NCBI GenBank assembly: GCA_964456985.1
Contig: CAYWDH010000001.1
Location: 84,714 to 148,713, forward strand
Direction of reading: 5' to 3'
DNA: 64,000 nt
Source of the DNA: an uncultured Eubacteriales bacterium
GTDB taxonomy: Bacteria; Acidobacteriota; Aminicenantia; Aminicenantales; Aminicenantaceae
The notes under the pieces are model-generated. The model was not told the DNA's origin. It did not search any database and was given only the letters and a program-made list of their open reading frames with translations. Shown piece by piece: positions 37,704-46,521 of the stretch; position 1 is the first letter of the stretch, and each line of letters begins with the position of its first letter. A program made the translations under genes and the position numbers.

Positions 37704-38858
37704 TCAATCAGCCACATAACCGGCTCGGTGGGTGATCCGAAAGCCTCCGCCTCTAATCCGGACCTCTATTTTATGGAATTTATTATCTGCCTTGTATTCT
37801 TTGGGAGTGTAGTAAACCAGATAATAATTTTCAGAAGCCTCCACTGTCTTTTTAAACGCCACAGCCACATTGGCGGAGCTTTCAGTCAAGCCTCCGGTGG
37901 CTTTGGCCAGGTCATTAAACGCACCGAATATCTCGCCCGATGAATCCTCCATTTTTATCTCCTGGCCCGCATAATTGGTCATCCGGGTTATATCCAGTAC
38001 ATCGGACGGCTTCTTTGTGATGAACACAAAATGACCGGATATGGAAGCATCTGAAAAAGCTGTTTTGATTTCCTCCACATGCTGGGGCATACTGGCTTGT
38101 AATTCCAATCTATCTAAGGGATCAATAAATTCAGGGATAGGCAAACTCTGTTTTTGATAAAACAAAAACACATGTTTTTGTCCTTCGGTTTTTTTGAGAT
38201 CCTCTGCCAGTTGAGTGAGCTTGGATACATCAACCTGCTGCAGAGCCTTCATCTTTCTTAAAATATCCATGCACATGAGAGATTTTGGTGTCATATCCTC
38301 TGTATAGACAATTTTCCTTATCTGCTCATAAAGGTTTCTGTATTCAGAGGCTCCCATGACAATATCCTTTCTCAGTTTGGCTTTCAGCTGATCAGCGATC
38401 TTTTGTTTGGGCAGGATTTTGAAGGCATCCTCTTTAATGGTATAGGCTCGAACCGGAGTGTAGATCTTAAGCGTATCTCCGGGAAGCATCACTTTATTGA
38501 AAAAATAGTCCATGACCTCATTTAGTTTGGGAAGGTAAGTGCGGATCTCAAACACAAATACAAAGTTCCGTGATTCAATCTCAGGCTCTCTTGTCTTTAC
38601 CGCTTCTTTGTGCATTTCCTCTCTTTCAATGGTTTTTTTCTTTATGAGATACACCGCATCAATCCTCTGCTGCACTCCGTCTTCATAGAGCAGAAAGTCG
38701 TGAATGGAGAGGTCCCTTATAAAATGCCCCTTTTTATAAACCCTTACCGGAACTTCGATGCTGACCACGCGTGCCACATGCTCTTCCTGCGGCAAGGAAG
38801 GACTTAAAAAGAGTAAACATGATAAAAACAGAAATCCTCCCGTCAGCATTTTTTTCAT
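37704..38858 (-). CDS. Exported VWA-related protein (Acidobacteria type), paralog 1
   Basis: IEVPVRV..FIRDL...DFLLYEDGVQQRI; LAKATGG; YYLVYYTP..DNKFHKIEVR..HRAGY. Confidence 0.75.
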   Translation of the reverse strand: MKKMLTGGFLFLSCLLFLSPSLPQEEHVARVVSIEVPVRVYKKGHFIRDLSIHDFLLYEDGVQQRIDAVYLIKKKTIEREEMHKEAVKTREPEIESRNFVFVFEIRTYLPKLNEVMDYFFNKVMLPGDTLKIYTPVRAYTIKEDAFKILPKQKIADQLKAKLRKDIVMGASEYRNLYEQIRKIVYTEDMTPKSLMCMDILRKMKALQQVDVSKLTQLAEDLKKTEGQKHVFLFYQKQSLPIPEFIDPLDRLELQASMPQHVEEIKTAFSDASISGHFVFITKKPSDVLDITRMTNYAGQEIKMEDSSGEIFGAFNDLAKATGGLTESSANVAVAFKKTVEASENYYLVYYTPKEYKADNKFHKIEVRIRGGGFRITHRAGYVAD

Positions 38859-38949
38859 TTTTTTGTCCCCATTATAAACTGCCGAACCTATTCAAAAAAA
38901 AGCCCTAACTTTTGACTGATACTTGATAAAACCTTTCACTCACACCAAC

Positions 38950-38965
38950 AGCAAAATTTATGCCA
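38950..38965 (-). promoter_or_regulatory. sigma54 promoter upstream of VWA paralog 1
   Basis: Minus strand TGGCATAAATTTTGCT (GG-N10-GC). Confidence 0.75.
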
Positions 38966-39021
38966 ACAGCCTTACCCTGTTTTTAAAAGGAGTGAAGAAG
39001 AAAATATGTGACTCAGAGAGG

Positions 39022-40767
39022 TCACCTGTCCTCTTTTTTTGTATAAACCACCTTTCCGTCCACAATGGTGTAAAGGACCTCAGCTCCGAGGATCTCATCT
39101 TCGGGAACGGTCATGATGTCCTTGGACAGCACCGTGATATCCGCCAGCTTACCCGGAGATAATGAGCCCAGAGTATCTTCCTGAAAGCACGCATAAGCTC
39201 CGTTAATGGTGTAAGAGCGCAGGGCTTCTTCCCTGGTCATTTTTTGTTCCGGATAAAAAAGCTCTCCGTTTGACATCTTTCTGGTCACAGCCGCATAAAA
39301 ACAGGGAATAGGATCCACATCTTCGACCGGCGCATCTGTTCCATTGCAGATCAGAGCGCCTGTATCCATGAGCTTTCTCCATACATAAGCACCCTGTTCA
39401 GCCCTTTCCTCTCCCAGACGCTTAAGGACCCAAGGCCCGTCTGATGTGCAGTGAATGGCCTGCATGGAAGCGATCACACTCAGTTTGCCGAAACGGGGAA
39501 TGTCTTGGGGGCTTAGATGCTGGGCGTGTTCCACTCTCCATCTCAGGTCTTTTTTATCAGGATGGGCTTTAAAAGCCTCCTCATAGATATCCAATACCTC
39601 TCTATTGGCCCTGTCCCCTATGGCATGGATGCAGAGCTGAAAATCATTCTCTATAGCGATCCGGGCGGTCTCTTGAATGACTTTCACAGGAGTTGTGTTC
39701 AATCCTGTGCTTGAGGGAAGGTCCTTATAAGGTTCAAGAAACCAGGCTCCATGGGATCCCAAAGCTCCGTCCATAAACCTCTTTATCGCCCGAACAGTCA
39801 AATGATGATCTCCCACGCCCAGAAGTCTGTATGCGGAAAGATTTTCTTTGGTGAGTCTCTCGTTCCCTTCACTGATCATGACATTAAGACGGACTCCCAG
39901 CTTCCCCTGCTCAGCAAATTCCTTAAACAGGTCTATGGTGTTGAAGGATGAGCTGGCATCATAAACGCTGGTGAGCCCTTTTGACAGACATTCCTTATCC
40001 GCCAACTCCACAACTTTTCTCCGCTCTTCTTCCACCTGCTCAGGAGTTCTATTCTTAAGTGATATGGAATAAGCCCTTCTCACCAGTCCTTGAGCGGTCT
40101 CTCTGAAAGCGCCTATAGGATTCCCTTCCGGGTCCCTGACGATCTCTCCTCCTTCAGGGGCAGTGGTCTCTTTTGTGATGCCAGCCAGCTCCATGGCTCT
40201 GGCATTGACTATACAGGAATGCCCGCTGGCATGAGTCAGCATCACCGGATTTTCAGGGCTGACTCTACTCAGATCATCATGATAAGGAAGCCCGTCCACA
40301 TTGGGTTGGGGCGCCTCATCCCATTTTTCCTGATGCCACCCCCTGCCCAGAATCCATTCTCCCGGCTCTTTATCTTTGACTGCTTCTTCGACCATGGAGA
40401 CAATTTCCTGCCAGTTCTTCACATGCATCAGATTGAGAGACAGAGCAGCCTGCCCTATACCTGTAAAATGAAGGTGGCTGTCTATAAAACCGGGAACAGC
40501 CAGTTTCCCCTCAAGGTCTATGACTTCAGTGCTGTCTCCGATGTAAGAATCAATTTCCTCATTATCGCACAGAGCCATGACTTTCCCCTCTCTTACTGCT
40601 AGGGCCGTAACTTCTGATTGGGTATCATCCAAAGTCACGATCTTCCCGTTTCTGAGGACCAAATCAGCCGGTTCCTTTTGCGGCGAACAGGAGAAAAAAG
40701 AACAAGCCACAAAAACCAACAAAAGAAATACCGTAAAACTTGAATAAAGCTTTTTAAACATAATCAC
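39022..40767 (-). CDS. Amidohydrolase family 3 (YtcJ-like) lipoprotein
   Basis: PGFIDSHLH, HAIGDRAN, RVEHAQ, GTDAPVE, PGKLAD. Confidence 0.92.
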   Translation of the reverse strand: MIMFKKLYSSFTVFLLLVFVACSFFSCSPQKEPADLVLRNGKIVTLDDTQSEVTALAVREGKVMALCDNEEIDSYIGDSTEVIDLEGKLAVPGFIDSHLHFTGIGQAALSLNLMHVKNWQEIVSMVEEAVKDKEPGEWILGRGWHQEKWDEAPQPNVDGLPYHDDLSRVSPENPVMLTHASGHSCIVNARAMELAGITKETTAPEGGEIVRDPEGNPIGAFRETAQGLVRRAYSISLKNRTPEQVEEERRKVVELADKECLSKGLTSVYDASSSFNTIDLFKEFAEQGKLGVRLNVMISEGNERLTKENLSAYRLLGVGDHHLTVRAIKRFMDGALGSHGAWFLEPYKDLPSSTGLNTTPVKVIQETARIAIENDFQLCIHAIGDRANREVLDIYEEAFKAHPDKKDLRWRVEHAQHLSPQDIPRFGKLSVIASMQAIHCTSDGPWVLKRLGEERAEQGAYVWRKLMDTGALICNGTDAPVEDVDPIPCFYAAVTRKMSNGELFYPEQKMTREEALRSYTINGAYACFQEDTLGSLSPGKLADITVLSKDIMTVPEDEILGAEVLYTIVDGKVVYTKKEDR

Positions 40768-40942
40768 ACTCCTTCCCCATAACTATTCTGCATCCATTCA
40801 GTTTAAGACAAAAATCTGAGAGTTTAAAGTTTTTTTTATGAAACCTAAATTATTCATCTTCACATTAAACGCTGATTCTGTTAGAATTTATTATCAATTA
40901 ATATGAACATCTATCAAAAAATTTTGACTTTATGAACTGCCT

Positions 40943-41245
40943 ATGAACAAGAACAAAAGAACAATTAACAGAGAAAGCAATCTCAGAGAAAAAATGCGCG
41001 TGGATACCGTACAAAAGGTGAGTTATAGAACGAATTCCTATATAAGGGGCGAAGGCTTCTCCCAGAATTTGAGCGAAAACGGATGCTGCCTCTTTCTTAA
41101 CGAAGAGGTCCCCATAGGCTCTCTCATAGAAATCACATTTGACACACTTGGCAATAACTCAAATGACATAAGAGTGATCGGAAGGGTCATCTGGCAGAAA
41201 GATTTTCTCTCCGGTATAAAATTTCTTCCTGACATCAAAGTATAG
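40943..41245 (+). CDS. Stand-alone PilZ domain protein
   Basis: RxxxR (REKMR), NLSENG, GRVIW..GIKF. Confidence 0.82.
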   Translation: MNKNKRTINRESNLREKMRVDTVQKVSYRTNSYIRGEGFSQNLSENGCCLFLNEEVPIGSLIEITFDTLGNNSNDIRVIGRVIWQKDFLSGIKFLPDIKV

Positions 41246-41255
41246 AATAACTTTT

Positions 41256-42818
41256 ATGTGTATTTCAAAACATGTATGCCTTATATCTGTATCCCTTTCC
41301 TTTCTGTTCTTTCAGGCATGCCAAAAACAAACAGGCAAACAGGCCGAATCTTTTCAAATCATTGAAGCGACCATAAAAGACATCCACGCAGCCTATCTCT
41401 CCGGAGACCTCACCTGCCAGGAACTGGTGAAGGCCTATCTCGACCGAATTGAAAAATACGACCAGGCAAAAAAGCTAAACTCCATTGTGGTTATCAATCC
41501 CAATGCCCTTAAAAGAGCGGCAGAGCTCGATGAGGAACTGCAACAAACAAAGAAGCTCCGCCCCCTTCATGGCATTCCAGTGATCGTAAAAGATAACTTT
41601 GAAACCCATGACCTCCAGACAACGGCCGGTTCAGAGGTTTTAAAAGGTTTTATCCCTCCTGATGATGCCTTCGAGGTCAAAGCGCTGCGTAGAGCCGGAG
41701 CTGTGATCCTCGCCAAATCAAATATGGCCGAATGGGCCTTCAGCCCCTATGAGACAGTGAGTTCGATCTTAGGTATTACCAGGAATCCCTATGACCTGAA
41801 CCGCACTCCGGCCGGCTCCAGCGGAGGAACCGCTGCAGCTGTGGCCGCTAATTTCGGCACCATAGGGCTTGGAACGGATACGGGAAATTCCATAAGAGGC
41901 CCTTCCGCGCACTGCTGCCTGGTGGGAATCCGCTCCACAATGGGCCTGACCAGCAGGGACGGGATCATCCCCCTTTATAATAGAAATGATATCGGCGGCC
42001 CCATGACACGGACTGTGGAAGATGCAGTAAGGATTTTAGATGTGATATCAGGATATGACCCGGAAGACCCCATTACGGAAAGATGCCGGGGAAAAATCCC
42101 GGATACATACACTGATTTTCTGGACAAAGACGGACTTAAAGGGGCTTGCATAGGTGTTTTTAGAGTCCTTGCTGACCGGGCCGCATCAGACCCCCAAGTC
42201 AAAGATGTGTTTGAAAAAGCTCTCCAGGATATGAAGGAACAGGGAGCTGAGATCGTCGATCCTTTTGTAATCCCTGATTTTACAGATCTCACAAAAAATC
42301 TGTGGTGTGATACCTTTCGCCACGATATCAATCAGTATCTTGCATCACTGGGAGACAAAGCACCGGTAAAGAGCCTGACAGAAATATATAATTCCGGAAA
42401 ACTCATAAGGTCATCCAGAGAGAGAATCGAAGAAGCACTGGAATCACCGCTGTGGGAAAAAGCAGACTGCAAGGATGTCTATCATCAGCCTGAGAATATA
42501 AGATACCGGGAAGCCGTGCTCAAGGCCATGGATGAACAAAATGTGGATGTGATTGTCTATCCCACATGGGGCAATCCGCCCAGAAAACTGGGTGATATGA
42601 GAAGCCCGGTAGGCAATAACAGCCGGGTAATTTCCCCTCCAACCGGACTTCCTGCCTTAACCGTACCCATGGGCTTCACCCACAAAAAACTTCCTGCAGG
42701 GCTTCAGATAGTAGGAAAACTTTTCGGAGAGCCTGAACTCATAAAAATCGCTTATTCCTATGAACAGGCCACAAAGCACCGCCGGCCTCCGACCGGATTC
42801 CCGGAAATAAAAAAATAA
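41256..42818 (+). CDS. Amidase signature family lipoprotein
   Basis: HGIPVIVKDN, GSSGG, GTDTGNSIRGP; lipobox FQAC. Confidence 0.93.
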   Translation: MCISKHVCLISVSLSFLFFQACQKQTGKQAESFQIIEATIKDIHAAYLSGDLTCQELVKAYLDRIEKYDQAKKLNSIVVINPNALKRAAELDEELQQTKKLRPLHGIPVIVKDNFETHDLQTTAGSEVLKGFIPPDDAFEVKALRRAGAVILAKSNMAEWAFSPYETVSSILGITRNPYDLNRTPAGSSGGTAAAVAANFGTIGLGTDTGNSIRGPSAHCCLVGIRSTMGLTSRDGIIPLYNRNDIGGPMTRTVEDAVRILDVISGYDPEDPITERCRGKIPDTYTDFLDKDGLKGACIGVFRVLADRAASDPQVKDVFEKALQDMKEQGAEIVDPFVIPDFTDLTKNLWCDTFRHDINQYLASLGDKAPVKSLTEIYNSGKLIRSSRERIEEALESPLWEKADCKDVYHQPENIRYREAVLKAMDEQNVDVIVYPTWGNPPRKLGDMRSPVGNNSRVISPPTGLPALTVPMGFTHKKLPAGLQIVGKLFGEPELIKIAYSYEQATKHRRPPTGFPEIKK

Positions 42819-42962
42819 CTATCCACTATTCCTCTCTGGAGGATCGCAGACTGGACCCACTGGACATTTGCGGGATTCACCAAAGACGGCTGGGAGACCA
42901 TCTACACGGTTTTCAGCTATGTCTTCCTACTATTCATCTCCCTGTATATCTTCAATAACTGA
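42819..42962 (+). pseudogene. Remnant of a DUF4405-type (cytochrome b-like) membrane protein
   Basis: Startless frame STIPLWRIADWTHWTFAGFTKDGWETIYTVFSYVFLLFISLYIFNN* resembles PPGR.A.W..W.F.GL.K..W..IH..F......HI..NW. Confidence 0.55.
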
Positions 42963-42998
42963 CATTCCATCCTGCACTACATGAACCAACGGAATGAT

Positions 42999-43040
42999 CA
43001 TGTTCTTAATGAATTAAGAATAATAAAAGAGTCGATCATG
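42999..43040. repeat. 42-bp dispersed repeat, copy 2
   Basis: CATGTTCTTAATGAATTAAGAATAATAAAAGAGTCGATCATG. Confidence 0.9.
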
Positions 43041-43115
43041 TTGACTTCATAGAAAAAATGAATTATCTTTTTTTCTTAATATGGTGTCTGAGATTTTTAT
43101 GAATAATCAAGTTAA

Positions 43116-44447
43116 ATGAAAGTCAACATCCAGATAAAAAAAAGCAGACCCGGAAAAAATCCGGCGTTTTTCCTTTTCTATGTTCTTTTTCTTTTCATTA
43201 TCTATTTTTTACTGGTTTTTTTATCAAAAGAGCCCGCAATATCGCAACAAAAACAGACGCCAACCGTTGAAGAGAAACCCGCACCCGCTGCTGAAACGGC
43301 CCCTCACCTCGTGGAACATAAAATCAGCATAAAAAAAGACCAGTCCTTATCAGATATACTCAAGGACTACGGTTTTTCACCCCAGGAGATCCACCGCCTA
43401 AGGGAAGAAGTGGAGCCGGTTTATGATATGGCAAAAATAAAAGCAGGAAACGAGATCCGACTTTTCTATGAAGAAAACGGACCGTTTTATTGCATGGAAT
43501 ACGATATAGATACAGAAAAATATCTCAAAGTGCAAAAGAGCTCCAGCTCCTATGAGGCAGAAATCCTATCTCTCCCCATAAAAACAAAAATAAAATTAGT
43601 ATGGGGTGTCATAAATGATAATCTGATTCAGGCTGTAAAAGAGGTTGGAGAAAAGGATTCCCTTGCCATTGCCATTGCCGATATATTTGCCTGGGATATA
43701 GACTTTTATGCAGATATCAGAAAGAATGACTCTTTTGAGTTGATTTTTGAAAAAAAATATCTGGATGACAACTTCATTGGATACGGAAACATCATTGCTG
43801 CTCAATTTATAAACCAGGGGAACACCTTCCAAGCTTTCCGCTTCACCTATCCGGATACCAAGAAATGGGATTATTTTGATCCCGAAGGCAAATCCCTGCG
43901 TAAAGAATTCCTCAAATCACCCATAAACGGCGCAAGAATCACATCCCGTTTCAGCTACAGCCGGTTCCACCCGATATGGAAAGTCTACAGGCCTCATTAC
44001 GGAGTTGACTATGGAGCTCCTGTGGGAACTCCTGTTCAGGCTACTGCCGACGGTACTGTGACTTTTGTGGGCAGAAACGGCGCTGCAGGCAGGATGGTAA
44101 GAATCCGCCACAAAAATTCCTATGAAACCATGTATCTTCATCTTCGGAGCTACGGCAGCGGAATAAGAAAAGGCGCAAAAGTAACCAGCGGGCAGATAGT
44201 TGGGTATGTGGGGTCCTCAGGAGCCTCTACCGGGCCCCATCTGGACTACAGAATCAGATACCACGGTAAATATGTCAATCCTCTCGCGCATAAATTCAAA
44301 CCCGTGGCTCCATTGAGAGAGGAATATCGAAATGAATTTAATGCGGTGGTCTGGGGTTGTGAGTTGGCTCTAGCCGGGCCTCTTTCCATCTTTCCAGGCT
44401 CTACCAACTCCCCTTTAAAACCTTCTATAGCGACCTCAAACAGGTAA
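43116..44447 (+). CDS. M23 family peptidoglycan DD-endopeptidase (MepM-like)
   Basis: HYGVDYGAP.GTPV, YLHL, STGPHLDY; N-terminal TM; TTGACT-N17-TATCTT promoter at 43041. Confidence 0.92.
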   Translation: MKVNIQIKKSRPGKNPAFFLFYVLFLFIIYFLLVFLSKEPAISQQKQTPTVEEKPAPAAETAPHLVEHKISIKKDQSLSDILKDYGFSPQEIHRLREEVEPVYDMAKIKAGNEIRLFYEENGPFYCMEYDIDTEKYLKVQKSSSSYEAEILSLPIKTKIKLVWGVINDNLIQAVKEVGEKDSLAIAIADIFAWDIDFYADIRKNDSFELIFEKKYLDDNFIGYGNIIAAQFINQGNTFQAFRFTYPDTKKWDYFDPEGKSLRKEFLKSPINGARITSRFSYSRFHPIWKVYRPHYGVDYGAPVGTPVQATADGTVTFVGRNGAAGRMVRIRHKNSYETMYLHLRSYGSGIRKGAKVTSGQIVGYVGSSGASTGPHLDYRIRYHGKYVNPLAHKFKPVAPLREEYRNEFNAVVWGCELALAGPLSIFPGSTNSPLKPSIATSNR

Positions 44448-44476
44448 GTGCGGGATTAAAGATTTCTTTTCCGGTC

Positions 44477-45076
44477 CTACTTTTTTCTTCTTCCTGAACT
44501 TCGCGAACCTGAACTCCGGACCCGTGTGCCTGAGCTCCGCGTTCGGGAGACCGAACTCCGACCACGGGAACCCGAACTTCTGACACGGGATACGGAACCT
44601 GACCTGGTGCTTCTTACTCGGGAAGATCTAATACTGCTGGTTCTTGTGGATTTCCCCCGGCTGGTCACTCTTGAAAGATCTGACACAGACCCTCTATCAA
44701 TATAACGGATATGCCGGCCTGAAACAATTGATCCGCTTTTATGGGGATCTTTGAGCTGATTCTTGGTTACAACGCTTTTGCCTCCGCTGTAGTGGCTGGG
44801 GTAATAGTAATAATAAGAACCGTAGTAAGGATAGTACCAACCATAGTAAAAATTATAGAAACCGTAATACCAGAAAGGATTCCACCAACCAAAGCCTGTC
44901 CAGCCCCAATAGGGATAACCATAATTGTATCCGTAATAACCGTCGTAGAAAGAAGGATAATAATCATAATAGGTAACTGTTCTCACTCGGGGACCAGGCA
45001 TCCTGTATTTCTCCCCTATAGCGACACATCCTGAGATAAGTATGATCAGCGGGATAATAATAATAAGTTTCTTCAT
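44477..45076 (-). CDS. Lipoprotein with Tyr/Trp/Gly-rich middle and Arg/Ser-rich tail
   Basis: GAGGAG SD before ATG 45076; lipobox ISGC; two low-complexity segments. Confidence 0.75.
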   Translation of the reverse strand: MKKLIIIIPLIILISGCVAIGEKYRMPGPRVRTVTYYDYYPSFYDGYYGYNYGYPYWGWTGFGWWNPFWYYGFYNFYYGWYYPYYGSYYYYYPSHYSGGKSVVTKNQLKDPHKSGSIVSGRHIRYIDRGSVSDLSRVTSRGKSTRTSSIRSSRVRSTRSGSVSRVRSSGSRGRSSVSRTRSSGTRVRSSGSRSSGRRKK

Positions 45077-45101
45077 TTTTTTACTCCTCGCATAGATAGA
45101 G

Positions 45102-45117
45102 AGCAAATTACATGCCA
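45102..45117 (-). promoter_or_regulatory. sigma54 promoter for the low-complexity lipoprotein
   Basis: Minus strand TGGCATGTAATTTGCT. Confidence 0.78.
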
Positions 45118-45301
45118 AATTATAACAGAGAAGTCCTGAAAATGCATCATAAAAAAATGTCCTCTTTTCAGTTCACCTGTATTAAAAGTATACAATCCTG
45201 GATTATGAACAAATCTCAGGCAGTTGAATTTTTTCTTAAAAATAAATAAAATACTAATCCCGGATGATTCACGATCGATGGATCAAAAGAAAGACAGAAA
45301 A

Positions 45302-45724
45302 ATGAACAACTACAGGAATCCCATACCCACAGTGGACATCATCATTGAGATGAAGCAAAAAAATAACGAGAAGGCCATCATTCTCATCAAGCGAAAAAAT
45401 CCCCCATACGGTTGGGCTATCCCCGGAGGATTCGTTGATTACGGAGAATCTCTTGAAGAGGCAGCCGTCCGCGAAGCAAAAGAAGAAACATCTCTGAATG
45501 TAACCCTTAAATTCCAGATGCACACGTATTCTGACCCCAATAGAGACCCCAGAAAACACACAGTATCAACTGTTTTTGTAGCTGAAGCTCAGGGAACACC
45601 AAAGGCGCGTGACGATGCTGAGGAAATCGGGGTCTTCACAGAAGAAGAGATCGATTTCCCTCTTGCCTTTGACCACAAACAAATATTATCCGATTATTTT
45701 AAACAAAAGAAGAAGTTTTTATGA
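45302..45724 (+). CDS. NUDIX hydrolase
   Basis: [25 protein letters not shown] Nudix box; RDPR.H; LAFDH. Confidence 0.93.
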   Translation: MNNYRNPIPTVDIIIEMKQKNNEKAIILIKRKNPPYGWAIPGGFVDYGESLEEAAVREAKEETSLNVTLKFQMHTYSDPNRDPRKHTVSTVFVAEAQGTPKARDDAEEIGVFTEEEIDFPLAFDHKQILSDYFKQKKKFL

Positions 45725-45969
45725 AAGATAAAGAAAATAAAAAATTTAGAGATATCAATCTGATGGAGGTTACGACCGTTCAGGGCCCTGTAGAGGCAGA
45801 GGTGATAAAAAGTTTTCTTGAAAGCTGCGGGATCAGTACTTTCTTAAAAGGGCTGGTGGTTCAATCCGTACATGCATTCTCAGCGGATGGTCTGGGAAAA
45901 ATCAAAGTAATGGTCGATGAAAAGGATTACCAAAAAGCCAAATCCCTTCTAGAAGAGAAAAACTCCTAA
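45721..45969 (+). CDS. DUF2007-type small protein
   Basis: [15 protein letters not shown]...[15 protein letters not shown]. Confidence 0.8.
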   Translation: MKDKENKKFRDINLMEVTTVQGPVEAEVIKSFLESCGISTFLKGLVVQSVHAFSADGLGKIKVMVDEKDYQKAKSLLEEKNS

Positions 45970-45999
45970 TCCCTTCATCTATTTTTTTCCTTTTTTCCC

Positions 46000-46062
46000 T
46001 TGACATTACCCTTTTTCTATCATATATTTTAGAAAAACGGGACAAAACGGGACAAATTGGGA
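46000..46062 (+). promoter_or_regulatory. dcw promoter with three MraZ-box direct repeats
   Basis: TTGACA (46000)-N17-TATATT; CGGGA/CGGGA/TGGGA at 46038, 46048, 46058 (10-bp period). Confidence 0.8.
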
Positions 46063-46521
46063 AATTATTTAATAGGAAGTTACACAGCGCGCTTTGACAG
46101 AAGCGGAAGAATCAAGATTCCTGCAAAATTTCAGGAAGCCATCCTGGAAAAATATGGAAAGGAAGTATTCATTACTTCTTTGAACGATCAATCCGTTCAA
46201 ATTTATCCACTCCCCAGATGGCAGAAACTGACCGGGATCACTGATGAAGGCCTTCACCAGTTAAAACCCAAGGTCAGAAGCTTCATGCTCAGAGTCAATG
46301 TCAAAGGTTCTTATTATGAAATAGACTCTAAGGGGAGAGTCCTCATCAGTCAAGCTTTAAAGGAGAAAGCAGACCTCGGAGACGAGGTCGAAGTAGTAGG
46401 GCTCAACGATCACCTGGAAATATGGAACAAGGAAATACTGGAACAAATCATTGAACAAAATCCTTTAACAGACGATGACTTCGATCAAATATCTGAATTG
46501 AAACCTAAGGAAGACAAATGA
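46057..46521 (+). CDS. mraZ: Transcriptional regulator MraZ
   Basis: DRSGRIKIP and DSKGRVLI; VGLNDHLEIW; first gene of the dcw cluster. Confidence 0.92.
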   Translation: MGNYLIGSYTARFDRSGRIKIPAKFQEAILEKYGKEVFITSLNDQSVQIYPLPRWQKLTGITDEGLHQLKPKVRSFMLRVNVKGSYYEIDSKGRVLISQALKEKADLGDEVEVVGLNDHLEIWNKEILEQIIEQNPLTDDDFDQISELKPKEDK

